NCBI GenBank assembly: GCA_003598025.1
Contig: QZKH01000003.1
Span: forward strand, 170,048-234,047
Reading direction: 5' to 3'
Origin: Candidatus Omnitrophota bacterium
Lineage (GTDB): Bacteria; Omnitrophota; Gorgyraeia; Gygaellales; Profunditerraquicolaceae
DNA: 64,000 bases
Shown: piece after piece, positions 9,833-18,143 of the stretch
Numbering within the stretch: the stretch's first letter is position 1
How the letters are laid out: the number at the start of each line of letters is the position of its first letter
The notes under the pieces: model-generated
Databases searched by the model: none
What the model was told of the DNA's origin: nothing
The model's input: the letters and a program-made list of their open reading frames with translations, nothing else
Made by a program: the position numbers and the translations under genes

Positions 9833-10654
9833 CTAATATATAACGATTCCCGCATAACCTACGACGCTTGATTCGTCACCGCTATTTTCCGCGCTGGTGG
9901 TATAAGATATAAGTTTTGTTTTTTTCGCATTTAATAGTTTTGCCGCGGAGATCATGGTTATGGCCGGCATGTACCCGCACATACTTATACCGTATTCTTT
10001 TATGTTCTTCATCAGGCCGTTTTCATCCAACTTTAATATGGAATCAATCGCAATATTGTCTTTTTTCCGGGCAGAATCTATATCTTCGTAATGAGTGAGG
10101 TCGGAACTGGCGATTATTAATGACTTTTGCTCGGCTCCGGATGATTTAATGCATCCTGCAATGGCCTCTCCTACCTTCTTGAGCTCATTAATGTCGTCGG
10201 AAGACATAGTAATCGGTATTATTTTGAAATTTTTATTAAAAAATTGCAGTATCGGAAGCTCTACTTCAAGTGAGTGTTCGAACATGTGCGCTGATGCATC
10301 ATCGGTAAGCAGATTGCAGTTCTCTAAGAGTTTGTTTGAAATAGCATCGTCAATTTCAACGTCTCCCATAGGGGTTTTCCACGACCCCTTAGCCATTATA
10401 CTGAACGGGCTACCGTAGCCTGTATGGTTAGGGCCTAACAGGAATACAGTTTCTTTTATGTGCATACTGGCAGCAGTTAATGTTGCGACTTTCCCGGAAT
10501 AAATATAGCCTGCGTGAGGCATCAGGCATCCGATAGCTTCATAAATCTGCCCGGGAGCTGCTATAAAAGAATTAAGCTGTTTCTTTATTTCATTTGCTGA
10601 ATTCGGATAGAATTGGCCGGAGACTACCGGGTTTCTAACTATTGAGCTTACCAT
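9833..10654 (-). CDS. MEMO1-family protein (AmmeMemoRadiSam system protein B-like)
   Basis: 273 aa; the MPHAGYIYSG motif and the overall Memo-like dioxygenase-fold pattern. Confidence 0.65.
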   Translation of the reverse strand: MVSSIVRNPVVSGQFYPNSANEIKKQLNSFIAAPGQIYEAIGCLMPHAGYIYSGKVATLTAASMHIKETVFLLGPNHTGYGSPFSIMAKGSWKTPMGDVEIDDAISNKLLENCNLLTDDASAHMFEHSLEVELPILQFFNKNFKIIPITMSSDDINELKKVGEAIAGCIKSSGAEQKSLIIASSDLTHYEDIDSARKKDNIAIDSILKLDENGLMKNIKEYGISMCGYMPAITMISAAKLLNAKKTKLISYTTSAENSGDESSVVGYAGIVIY

Positions 10655-11564
10655 CTAATAAGACCTCTAAAAATTCTTTGGCATCTATAATTTCATTTTT
10701 AGTAGCCGGATAGTGAGCCTCAATCACCTTGATCGTATCATTCTTAATATAAGAAGCAATTTTCTTAAAATCAAGGTTTCCCTTGAGCGGGGCAAGGTGG
10801 TCTTTGCAACCGTTTACATCATGCAGATGAATACCTAACATCTTTGTGCCGTAAAGGTCTAAGAAGTCCATATGTTTTATGAAACCAAGGTTTTCCATGA
10901 CTTGGGCATGCCCTGTGTCGTGCCAGTAATATATATTAGACCCTTGGAATTTATCTAAAATTATCCCTACCTCTCTTAGCGAGGGTATCTCTCGTAAATA
11001 GAACCTTGTTTCAACCCCAAGCAGGATATTCCTTGATTTAGCATAAGCGTTTAATTCTTCAAGGCTCTTTAGCGCGTTGTCAAGAAAAGGTTTATGCAGG
11101 CTTTCTCTTTCTTTAATTGCTTTATCACGGAGGTCTCTATATTCTTTGGTATCCTGCATGTTGATGGAATGCAGGTTTATAAGCGACCTGGTAGAATCCT
11201 CCATATCGACCCTGCCGCAGTGAAGGACTACGGCTCTTGCGCGTATTTCGTCAGCGGCATCGATAGTAAGTTTTGTATATTTTACAGCGGAGAGCCTTTC
11301 ACTCTCGTTTGTTGAAGCAATGGAAAATACATCTGGCAGGGCGTGTTTTCTTTCAAGGATCCCTGGTATTGGGCAGTAATTATGCAGGCTGCTTACGGAG
11401 ATCCTGTCATTCCTGGTTTCTTTAAGTATGTCCTTAAAAATTGATTCTGTTAAATTGAAGCTTAGTTCAACGCGCTTAAAACCTAACTGCGTGATTTCTG
11501 AAAGGATCTTTCTTCCATTATTGTGGTGAAAGGCGTTCCACGAGGTTGATAAAACTAAGGACAT
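10635..11564 (-). CDS. Sugar phosphate isomerase/epimerase (xylose-isomerase-like TIM barrel)
   Basis: 309 aa; the pattern of His/Asp/Glu metal ligands (HDTGH..., HLHD) is typical of the AP-endonuclease-2/TIM family. Confidence 0.5.
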   Translation of the reverse strand: MSLVLSTSWNAFHHNNGRKILSEITQLGFKRVELSFNLTESIFKDILKETRNDRISVSSLHNYCPIPGILERKHALPDVFSIASTNESERLSAVKYTKLTIDAADEIRARAVVLHCGRVDMEDSTRSLINLHSINMQDTKEYRDLRDKAIKERESLHKPFLDNALKSLEELNAYAKSRNILLGVETRFYLREIPSLREVGIILDKFQGSNIYYWHDTGHAQVMENLGFIKHMDFLDLYGTKMLGIHLHDVNGCKDHLAPLKGNLDFKKIASYIKNDTIKVIEAHYPATKNEIIDAKEFLEVLLDGKLNS

Positions 11565-11566
11565 CT

Positions 11567-11728
11567 CTATCTTCTGACCTTGGATTTCTTTCTTTTACGT
11601 TCACTGGGTTTTTCGTAGTGTTTCCGGTCTCTTACCTCCCTTAGAATGCCTTCTTGCTCGATCTTCTTCTTGAAACGGCGAAGGGCTGACTCAAACGATT
11701 CATCTTTTCTGATCTCAACTTGTGACAT
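11567..11728 (-). CDS. rpsU: Ribosomal protein S21 (not in the ORF track)
   Basis: Manual translation: MSQVEIRKDESFESALRRFKKKIEQEGILREVRDRKHYEKPSERKRKKSKVRR (53 aa). Strong match to S21 (E. coli [47 protein letters not shown]). AGGAG Shine-Dalgarno 8 nt upstream. Confidence 0.75.
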   Translation of the reverse strand: MSQVEIRKDESFESALRRFKKKIEQEGILREVRDRKHYEKPSERKRKKSKVRR

Positions 11729-11787
11729 ACTATCATCTCCTTTTAAGCAATACTATCACTCTTTGGCTACCTTGTCAATATGTACAG

Positions 11788-11857
11788 GTCCGTTTCTCCC
11801 ACTGACCACAGAAGTGCCCCCCGGGGGCACTTCTGTGATGGCTGACAGAAACGGACC
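11788..11857. repeat. 70-bp GC-rich imperfect palindromic REP-like element (copy A), immediately downstream of tonB
   Basis: ggtccgtttctcccactgaccacagaagtgcccc-ccgg-gggcacttctgtgatggctgacagaaacggacc. The outer 11 bp and inner 13 bp of each arm pair perfectly. Its exact reverse complement (with 1 extra central G:C) recurs at 12629-12699. Confidence 0.75.
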
Positions 11858-11899
11858 TATTACTCTTAGCTTACTATGAACTATCAACTATGAACTAAT

Positions 11900-12568
11900 C
11901 TACTCTACCTCAAATGAAATAACCACATTAAACGATAACTGGGGGTAATCAAGCTCTTTCGGAAAAGGCGGGAAAGGTGATGCTTCATCAATACTATCAA
12001 GGGTGATCTTTTTTAAGTATTGAGAGGCCGATGATTTTTCCTGAATCAGGCGGGCATCGCGAAGCGTGCCGTCAGCATCAATAATAAAAGTGATCTGTGT
12101 TTCACCCGTTTCCTGGCCGTTGTAATTCTGGTAAGCGGCGCGTTTTATCCTTTCTCTTACTATTTGGTAGTAAGATATGTATGAGGGATTATCTATTTTA
12201 TTAAGGTCTATCGGAGGCAGGGATATCTTCTTTTTGACAGAGATTATATCCGGTTTTGCATATGTAGGTTTCTTGAATACCGGCTCTGTTAAGCCAGGCG
12301 TTTTGTTTCCGGGTATAAATTTATCCTTCTCGATTATAGGCTTTAGCAAGCTGCTATCAGGAGCGGCTTTAGGCGCCTTCATCTCTAAAAGTTCGCTCTT
12401 AAACAACTGCTTCTCTTTTACCTGTTTTATCTCTTTTAAGTAATTAATCTCGACTTCTTTCTCTTTTATTTTGGCAGGATTATTGTGAAAGAAATTAGCT
12501 TGAATAAAAATAGCAGAATGCAAGAATAGGGAGATTAAAAGGGCTATCTGGAATTTATCGAGTCGCAT
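11900..12568 (-). CDS. tonB: TonB-family energy transducer (C-terminal TonB domain)
   Basis: 222 aa; N-terminal membrane anchor, Pro/Lys-rich spacer, C-terminal ...GETQITFIIDADGTLRDARLIQEKSSAS...SPFPPFP typical of the TonB C-terminal domain. Confidence 0.65.
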   Translation of the reverse strand: MRLDKFQIALLISLFLHSAIFIQANFFHNNPAKIKEKEVEINYLKEIKQVKEKQLFKSELLEMKAPKAAPDSSLLKPIIEKDKFIPGNKTPGLTEPVFKKPTYAKPDIISVKKKISLPPIDLNKIDNPSYISYYQIVRERIKRAAYQNYNGQETGETQITFIIDADGTLRDARLIQEKSSASQYLKKITLDSIDEASPFPPFPKELDYPQLSFNVVISFEVE

Positions 12569-12628
12569 AATAAGAATAAAATAACACGTAGGACAGCATA
12601 ATTCAATATATTAGTTCATGGTTGCTTA

Positions 12629-12699
12629 GGTCCGTTTCTGTCAGCCATCACAGAAGTGCCCCCGGGGGGCACTTCTGTGGTCAGTGGGAGAAACGGACC
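12629..12699. repeat. REP-like palindromic element (copy B), inverted copy of 11788-11857, between the TBDR gene and tonB
   Basis: The sequence equals the reverse complement of copy A (a single central-base difference). Confidence 0.75.
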
Positions 12700-12704
12700 T
12701 GGTT

Positions 12705-14600
12705 TTAGAAGGTGATTTTCACTCCTCCCATTACTGTCCGCCCTGGTTCGGCGTAATTTTTTACTTCTTCGTAATTTTCGTCAGTAATATTATCAACCCT
12801 GAAGAACAATTCTTTGCCTGAAAAGATTTCATAGTTCAAAATAAAATCAAGCTTGGTATAGGATTTAAGCAGCCTGTTGCCTGAATCCGGCCTGTGGCCG
12901 GTATATTGAGAGATTATATTCATTTCTAATTTATCGGTAGGCTCAAAATCAACCTTAAAATACACCTTGTTTTTTGGCCTCCTTAAAAGTTCATCCCCTG
13001 TCGCTTTATCTTCAGTGTCCTGCCAGGTGTATCCGGTGACGAGCTTTAATGATTTAAAAGGCCTGTAAGAGGCGTCCGCTTCGAAACCATATATCCTTGC
13101 TTTGCCGATATTAGAGTATTGGGCTGTGGTAAATGTCGCAGGGTTATATTTTGCATCGATAAGGTTCTTAATGTGCGTCCTGAAATAAGAGAATCCAAGA
13201 TTCAATTTATCATTAAACGCCGGCTGTTCTAAACCCACTTCATAAGACTGGCTCTCTTCAGGCTGAAGATTAGGATTGCCGCCCCCAAACCACGGGTCGC
13301 TTAGAGCATGAAGCTGGTAAAGTGTCGGAGCTTTGAATGCGGTTGCCCACATGCCTTTTAACTTTGTTTTTGAGCAAAAGGTATAAGCAGAGTCGATTTT
13401 ATAGGTTTCCTTTGTTCCGAAATAGGAGTGATTATCAAATCTTAGCCCGGTATTTAACACAAATTTATCATTTAAGTTAAACGAGTTTTGAAGATAATAA
13501 CCACGGTTCCTGCTTATAACTTTAGGAAAGTGAGTTTCGGATGATCCGCCGAGGTAATCAGTATAGTAATAATAATTCCCTTTTTCCCTCTGCCAGTCAA
13601 GGCCGAAAGTTATCGTATCAAAGTCAACAGGCGTTAAGGTGTGCTGCCAGTCAATTTGCTGGTTTTCACCGAGATACCAGTCCCTAAGGTAATCATCCGG
13701 GAACATGGCATCCTTATCATTTGAATCCGTGCGGTAATTTTGCATAAATGAAAGCTGAAGTTTTTGCTTCCAGATATCCGTAATATTATTATTTATAAAT
13801 GTCGTTACCATCAACTGCCTTTCCTTGGCAAGCATATCCGGGTCGTCTTTAAGCCCGATGGAGTTATCATATTCATGTCTTGAGTCAGAGAGCCTGAAAC
13901 TTGTGCCGATAGAATTATCCTTATTTATATCGTAATCTAACCTTAAAGAAAGATTCAGGTTTTCATACGGATCGTTCTCCGAGGTATTTTTAAGGCTGGA
14001 TATGCCGTGACTTTTATAGTGCATTATGCCTGCGCTATAAGAAAAATCATTGATCCTTCCTGAAGAATCAAATGCTTCTTTTAAGGTATCATAAGTGCCG
14101 TAAGAAGCCGAAAAGCTGCTCTGTGGCTTTCCTTTACCTTTCCTGGTTATTATATTTATTACTCCTCCTATTGCGTCCGAGCCGTAAAGGGTGCTTTGCG
14201 CTCCGCGGACTATTTCTATCCTCTCAACGTTATCAAGGCTAAGGTTGGCAAAGTCAAAAGCCCCGTTTGTAGCAATCGGGTCGTACATCCTCACATTATC
14301 AATCATTATTTTTGTGTGATTTGAGTTAGTCCCCCTTAAGAATACTGAAACCGGGCCGCCGAAACTTCCGGTTTGCACTATATCTAATCCTGCGGTTTCT
14401 TTTATGAAATCTTTTATATTTGTCTGTTTGCTTTCTTCTATATCCCTGCGGGTAAATACAGTGACTGCCTGCGTTGTGCCTTTAATGCTCTGCTCGTTCC
14501 TTAAAGGCGTAACTACGATTTTATCAAGGTCAATATTATCGGCAAAACTGTTTGTGCCGAAAAAAATCAAAGCGGCTGATAAAACCAATGTTTTTTTCAT
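12705..14600 (-). CDS. btuB: TonB-dependent outer-membrane receptor, BtuB-like (cobalamin/corrinoid transporter candidate)
   Basis: 631 aa; signal peptide, TonB box DKIVVTPLRNEQ, plug and barrel motifs, C-terminal ...GGVKITF ending in Phe. Located downstream of a cobalamin riboswitch. Confidence 0.8.
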   Translation of the reverse strand: MKKTLVLSAALIFFGTNSFADNIDLDKIVVTPLRNEQSIKGTTQAVTVFTRRDIEESKQTNIKDFIKETAGLDIVQTGSFGGPVSVFLRGTNSNHTKIMIDNVRMYDPIATNGAFDFANLSLDNVERIEIVRGAQSTLYGSDAIGGVINIITRKGKGKPQSSFSASYGTYDTLKEAFDSSGRINDFSYSAGIMHYKSHGISSLKNTSENDPYENLNLSLRLDYDINKDNSIGTSFRLSDSRHEYDNSIGLKDDPDMLAKERQLMVTTFINNNITDIWKQKLQLSFMQNYRTDSNDKDAMFPDDYLRDWYLGENQQIDWQHTLTPVDFDTITFGLDWQREKGNYYYYTDYLGGSSETHFPKVISRNRGYYLQNSFNLNDKFVLNTGLRFDNHSYFGTKETYKIDSAYTFCSKTKLKGMWATAFKAPTLYQLHALSDPWFGGGNPNLQPEESQSYEVGLEQPAFNDKLNLGFSYFRTHIKNLIDAKYNPATFTTAQYSNIGKARIYGFEADASYRPFKSLKLVTGYTWQDTEDKATGDELLRRPKNKVYFKVDFEPTDKLEMNIISQYTGHRPDSGNRLLKSYTKLDFILNYEIFSGKELFFRVDNITDENYEEVKNYAEPGRTVMGGVKITF

Positions 14601-15274
14601 ACTCTTTGCTCCTTTTCTATAATCTTGTATTCCTGGATGTCCAAGAACCAGTATTCTTTAATGAACAATTTGTCTGTTTTTGTTATTTCAATGCGGTTTT
14701 TAAAATTTGGGCCGTCAAATACAAAAGAGTGAAATTCACCCATTTCCCCGCATATATCCACATCGGAAATTTTTTCTATGTCTGCAATAAACTGCTTGTC
14801 AATGACCCGGCCGATCCAATCCTTTTGCAGTTTTTTTGCCTGCGCGCTGGTAACAATGGCCTTAAAACCAAAATCAACCAGCTCATTAAGCACGCTTTTT
14901 GTATCCTGGTGCCATATGGGAGATATTACGCCTAAGTCCTGGGCCTGGCACATGTTTTGCACCCAGTCTTTTAAATCCTGCAGGTATATGTCTCCCCTGA
15001 TGATTTGTCCGACGCCATAAGACTTGAGTTCCGAAAGAGTATTTCTAAATACCTCTTCATAATTACGCTCGTTTGTTGTCTTCTGAACTAATTCAACACC
15101 CAAAGAATCAGCCTGGAGTTTAACGAGCTCAGCTTTTGCGCCATGAAAAGTGACCCGCCTGTACTCTTCCGATATAAAGTTGAATAAATAATCGACTTTA
15201 TATCCCTGCTGTTGCGCCTTAAATAATGACAGGCAGCTATCTTTGCCGCTGCTCCATGAGCAAGCAACCTTCAT
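14597..15274 (-). CDS. DUF71/COG2102 PP-loop ATP pyrophosphatase (Dph6/MJ0570-like)
   Basis: 225 aa; N-terminal MKVACSWSSGKDS PP-loop (SGGKDS-type). First gene after the cobalamin riboswitch; 4-nt overlap with the btuB start. Confidence 0.7.
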   Translation of the reverse strand: MKVACSWSSGKDSCLSLFKAQQQGYKVDYLFNFISEEYRRVTFHGAKAELVKLQADSLGVELVQKTTNERNYEEVFRNTLSELKSYGVGQIIRGDIYLQDLKDWVQNMCQAQDLGVISPIWHQDTKSVLNELVDFGFKAIVTSAQAKKLQKDWIGRVIDKQFIADIEKISDVDICGEMGEFHSFVFDGPNFKNRIEITKTDKLFIKEYWFLDIQEYKIIEKEQRV

Positions 15275-15300
15275 TGATTTGTTTCTCCTTTCCCGGACAA

Positions 15301-15342
15301 ATAAAAAACCCCCGCACTTTCTTGTGAAATCAAGAGCGGGGG
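15301..15342 (-). terminator. Intrinsic terminator forming the expression platform of the cobalamin riboswitch
   Basis: Minus-sense RNA cccccgcucuug-auuuca-caagaaagugcggggg followed by uuuuuu (the plus-strand A-run at 15303-15308). A GGAGA Shine-Dalgarno for the DUF71 gene lies just downstream and is unpaired. Confidence 0.75.
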
Positions 15343-15520
15343 TTGCACCCTATTTACTTAGCCCTTATCCGCGAGGCGTTACATTTTGATATAGGCAGGT
15401 CTTCTGACTACGGGTTTAACCTATTGGCTGCGCCTTCCCGGTATTACCAGTGGCATCTGCAGCTGTTTTACCCTTTACAGCGGCGGGACCGTGGCCGATT
15501 TTCACGGCCTTCCCTTTACC
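15343..15520 (-). promoter_or_regulatory. Cobalamin (AdoCbl) riboswitch aptamer
   Basis: Minus-sense RNA contains ...aauagguaaagggaaggccgugaaaaucggccacggucccgccgcuguaaagggu...gcagaugccacugguaauaccgggaaggcgcagcc...gucagaagaccugccua. It includes the B12-box GCCACUG, the GGGAAGGC core and the 3' GUCAGaAGACCUGCC element characteristic of RF00174. Confidence 0.8.
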
Positions 15521-15547
15521 TATTCAAAATTCCAAATTGTTACTTCT

Positions 15548-15575
15548 ATTCTATTTTTAAATTTTCTTTTGTCAA
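15548..15575 (-). promoter_or_regulatory. Candidate sigma70-type promoter for the riboswitch-btuB transcript
   Basis: Minus-sense TTGACA-N16-TAGAAT about 30 nt upstream of the aptamer. The -35 overlaps the btuD stop codon. Confidence 0.4.
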
Positions 15576-16354
15576 TATTTATTTTTTGCAACCAGCAGTA
15601 CATGCGGTTTTCCCGATATGGGGTTTTTGTTTACGATAACCAGAGTCTTATAAACATTCTCAATGTTTTGATAAGTCAATACCTCTTCGGGCTGGCCGAT
15701 CTTTGAGACCATCCCTTCATGCAGCATGACAATTTTATCGCAATACTCACTAGCAAGGTTTAAGTCATGCAAGACTATAACAACTGTTATCTTTTCATTT
15801 TTATTAAGCTGTTTAAGCAGATTGAGCATCTGGACCTGATGGCCTATATCAAGATGGGATGTTGGTTCGTCCAGGAGTAAAACTTTTGGCTTTTGGGTAA
15901 GCGCTTTGGCAATAATGACCATTTGTTTTTCACCGGCGCTTAATTCATGGATAAACCTATCTTTAAGTTTATAGGTTCCGGTAAGCTCAAGCGCCTTAGC
16001 GGCGATCTCGTAATCAGCCTTTGATTCCCATTGTGTGCGTTTTAGAAAAGGTATCCTGCCAAGCATGGCTATATCCATTACGGTAAACGAGAAATTGATA
16101 TCTATACTTTGCGGCACAAAAGCAAATTCACAGCTTAACTCGTGGGGGTTAAAGCTTAAAAGATCTTTCTCCTTATAAGTGATTTTCCCCGCTGAGGGCT
16201 GTATGTATCTGCTTATTACCCTGAGCAAAGTGGATTTACCAGAGCCGTTTGGGCCGATAATGCCGGTGAATTGGCCGTCTTCTATCTTAAGAGAAATATC
16301 ATGCAGGACATCGTTTTTGAGATAACCGGCAGTAATACCTTTTAATTCAATCAT
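15572..16354 (-). CDS. btuD: ABC transporter ATP-binding protein, BtuD/FepC family
   Basis: 260 aa; Walker A GPNGSGKST, signature LSAGEKQ, Walker B LLLDEPTSHLD. Confidence 0.8.
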   Translation of the reverse strand: MIELKGITAGYLKNDVLHDISLKIEDGQFTGIIGPNGSGKSTLLRVISRYIQPSAGKITYKEKDLLSFNPHELSCEFAFVPQSIDINFSFTVMDIAMLGRIPFLKRTQWESKADYEIAAKALELTGTYKLKDRFIHELSAGEKQMVIIAKALTQKPKVLLLDEPTSHLDIGHQVQMLNLLKQLNKNEKITVVIVLHDLNLASEYCDKIVMLHEGMVSKIGQPEEVLTYQNIENVYKTLVIVNKNPISGKPHVLLVAKNKY

Positions 16355-16356
16355 TT

Positions 16357-17316
16357 TTAGAGTGTAATTTTCTGTTTCTTCCTAAGCAATAAAATAAAAA
16401 CAGGCCCGCCGATGACCGATGTAATGACGCCAATAGGAATCTCTACCGGCGCAAGCATTACCCTGCTTATTATATCGGCAATTATTAAAAATATAGCAGA
16501 TGAAACCGCGCTTACCGGTATCAGCGTCCTGTGGTCTGAACCGAATATGAACCTGATTGCATGCGGTATGATGAGGCCGATAAAGCCGATTATGCCGCAG
16601 ACGCATACAATGCTTGCAGTCATAATCGATGCTATTATAAATAATATCTTTCTTATTGTGTTTACATTTATTCCGAGATGATGCGCCTCTTCTTCACCAA
16701 GGCTTATGGCATTTAGGTCGCGCGCAAGGTATAAAGATATAGCAATACCACAAGATACTATTACTCCGACAATATAAAGCAGTTTGAAATCAAATAGCTG
16801 CAGGCTGCCCAAAAGCCACCAGGTTATGCTATGCATACCCTCATTTGTGGAGACAGAAATAAAAAACAGCAGCAGGCTTGAAAAAATAGCACCTGTAATC
16901 ACCCCGGATAAAAGCAGCCCCTGGGAAGAGATCTTACCGTTGATTTTAGCAAGGTTATAAACAATTAGCATGGTGGTTGCTGCTCCGATAAAAGCGATTA
17001 AAGGCAGGAAAATCAGTGATACTCCAAGCAACAATCCTATTATAGCCCCCAGCCCTGCGCCGCTTGATACGCCTAGAACATAAGGCTCAGCCAGCGGGTT
17101 TCTTAATATCGCCTGGAATATTAAACCTGACACCGCTAGCCCCGAACCTGCAATAAGCGCAAGTAGTATCCTTGATAACCTTAATTTCAATATTTCAGGA
17201 TTAGCGAGCAACTGGTTAAAGCCCACTTTGACTGCCCCGTTGGTTAAGCCAAGATAGGCCGCTAATAACAGTAATGACAATAATAGGCCGATAAATATTG
17301 ATTTTTTATCTTTCAT
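16357..17316 (-). CDS. btuC: FecCD-family ABC permease (BtuC-like)
   Basis: 319 aa; polytopic membrane protein with FecCD-family pattern; tightly coupled to the flanking genes. Confidence 0.8.
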   Translation of the reverse strand: MKDKKSIFIGLLLSLLLLAAYLGLTNGAVKVGFNQLLANPEILKLRLSRILLALIAGSGLAVSGLIFQAILRNPLAEPYVLGVSSGAGLGAIIGLLLGVSLIFLPLIAFIGAATTMLIVYNLAKINGKISSQGLLLSGVITGAIFSSLLLFFISVSTNEGMHSITWWLLGSLQLFDFKLLYIVGVIVSCGIAISLYLARDLNAISLGEEEAHHLGINVNTIRKILFIIASIMTASIVCVCGIIGFIGLIIPHAIRFIFGSDHRTLIPVSAVSSAIFLIIADIISRVMLAPVEIPIGVITSVIGGPVFILLLRKKQKITL

Positions 17317-18139
17317 CGTAGAATTTACTATGAAGGAATTCCGCGCCTTCTACCATTCTTGGACCCGGGCGTAAAATCATTTCCGGGGTCATATCCATTA
17401 TGATATGGTTGTTTTTTACTGCTTTTATATTCTTCCAGCCGATCCTTTTAGAAATATCATATTTAGTATTACTGCCCGCCATATACCCTAATATTATAAA
17501 ATCAGGGTCACGGTCGATGACAACCTCTGAAGAAAACCTGGAATATGGCTTTGGGGTATCATGAGCGATATTCAAACCTCCCGCAATCCCGATCAGCTCA
17601 TCAATGATAGAGCCTTTTCCTGCTGTCATTAACGGCTCTCCCCATATCTCAACAAAGACTTTCGGTTTCTTTTCATCAGGGATGTTTTGAGTTTTTTTCC
17701 CTATGAAGTCCAGTTTTTCTTTAAGCTTATCTACAAGATTCTTTGCTTCGCTTTGTTTTCCGGTGAGCCTGCCTATCTCTATGACTGAGTTAAACAACTC
17801 TTGAAAATTTTCAGGGTCACTGACAAACACTTTGATATCCATTGCCCGTAATTTATTCACCACAGGCGCCTGCTCTAAACCCGTGGCAAAAACAATATCC
17901 GGTTTCATGGACACTATCATCTCTATGTTGGGTTCTGAAAAAGTGCCTATCTTCTTAATCTGTTTTGCCTGTTCAGGGTAATCGCACCAAATCGTATTGG
18001 CGATAATATTGTTTCCTAAACCAAGGCTGAAGAGTATTTCCGTAGTTGCCGGAGAAAGAGAGATTATCCTTATGCCTTCGGCATTGCAGAATGAAAAAAT
18101 GAACGACAATATTAATGTTAATAGGCCAAGGCGCTTCAT
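17306..18139 (-). CDS. btuF: Periplasmic cobalamin/siderophore-type substrate-binding protein (BtuF-like)
   Basis: 277 aa; signal peptide and class III SBP pattern (RIISLSPATTEILFSLG...). Confidence 0.7.
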   Translation of the reverse strand: MKRLGLLTLILSFIFSFCNAEGIRIISLSPATTEILFSLGLGNNIIANTIWCDYPEQAKQIKKIGTFSEPNIEMIVSMKPDIVFATGLEQAPVVNKLRAMDIKVFVSDPENFQELFNSVIEIGRLTGKQSEAKNLVDKLKEKLDFIGKKTQNIPDEKKPKVFVEIWGEPLMTAGKGSIIDELIGIAGGLNIAHDTPKPYSRFSSEVVIDRDPDFIILGYMAGSNTKYDISKRIGWKNIKAVKNNHIIMDMTPEMILRPGPRMVEGAEFLHSKFYDER

Positions 18140-18143
18140 TATA

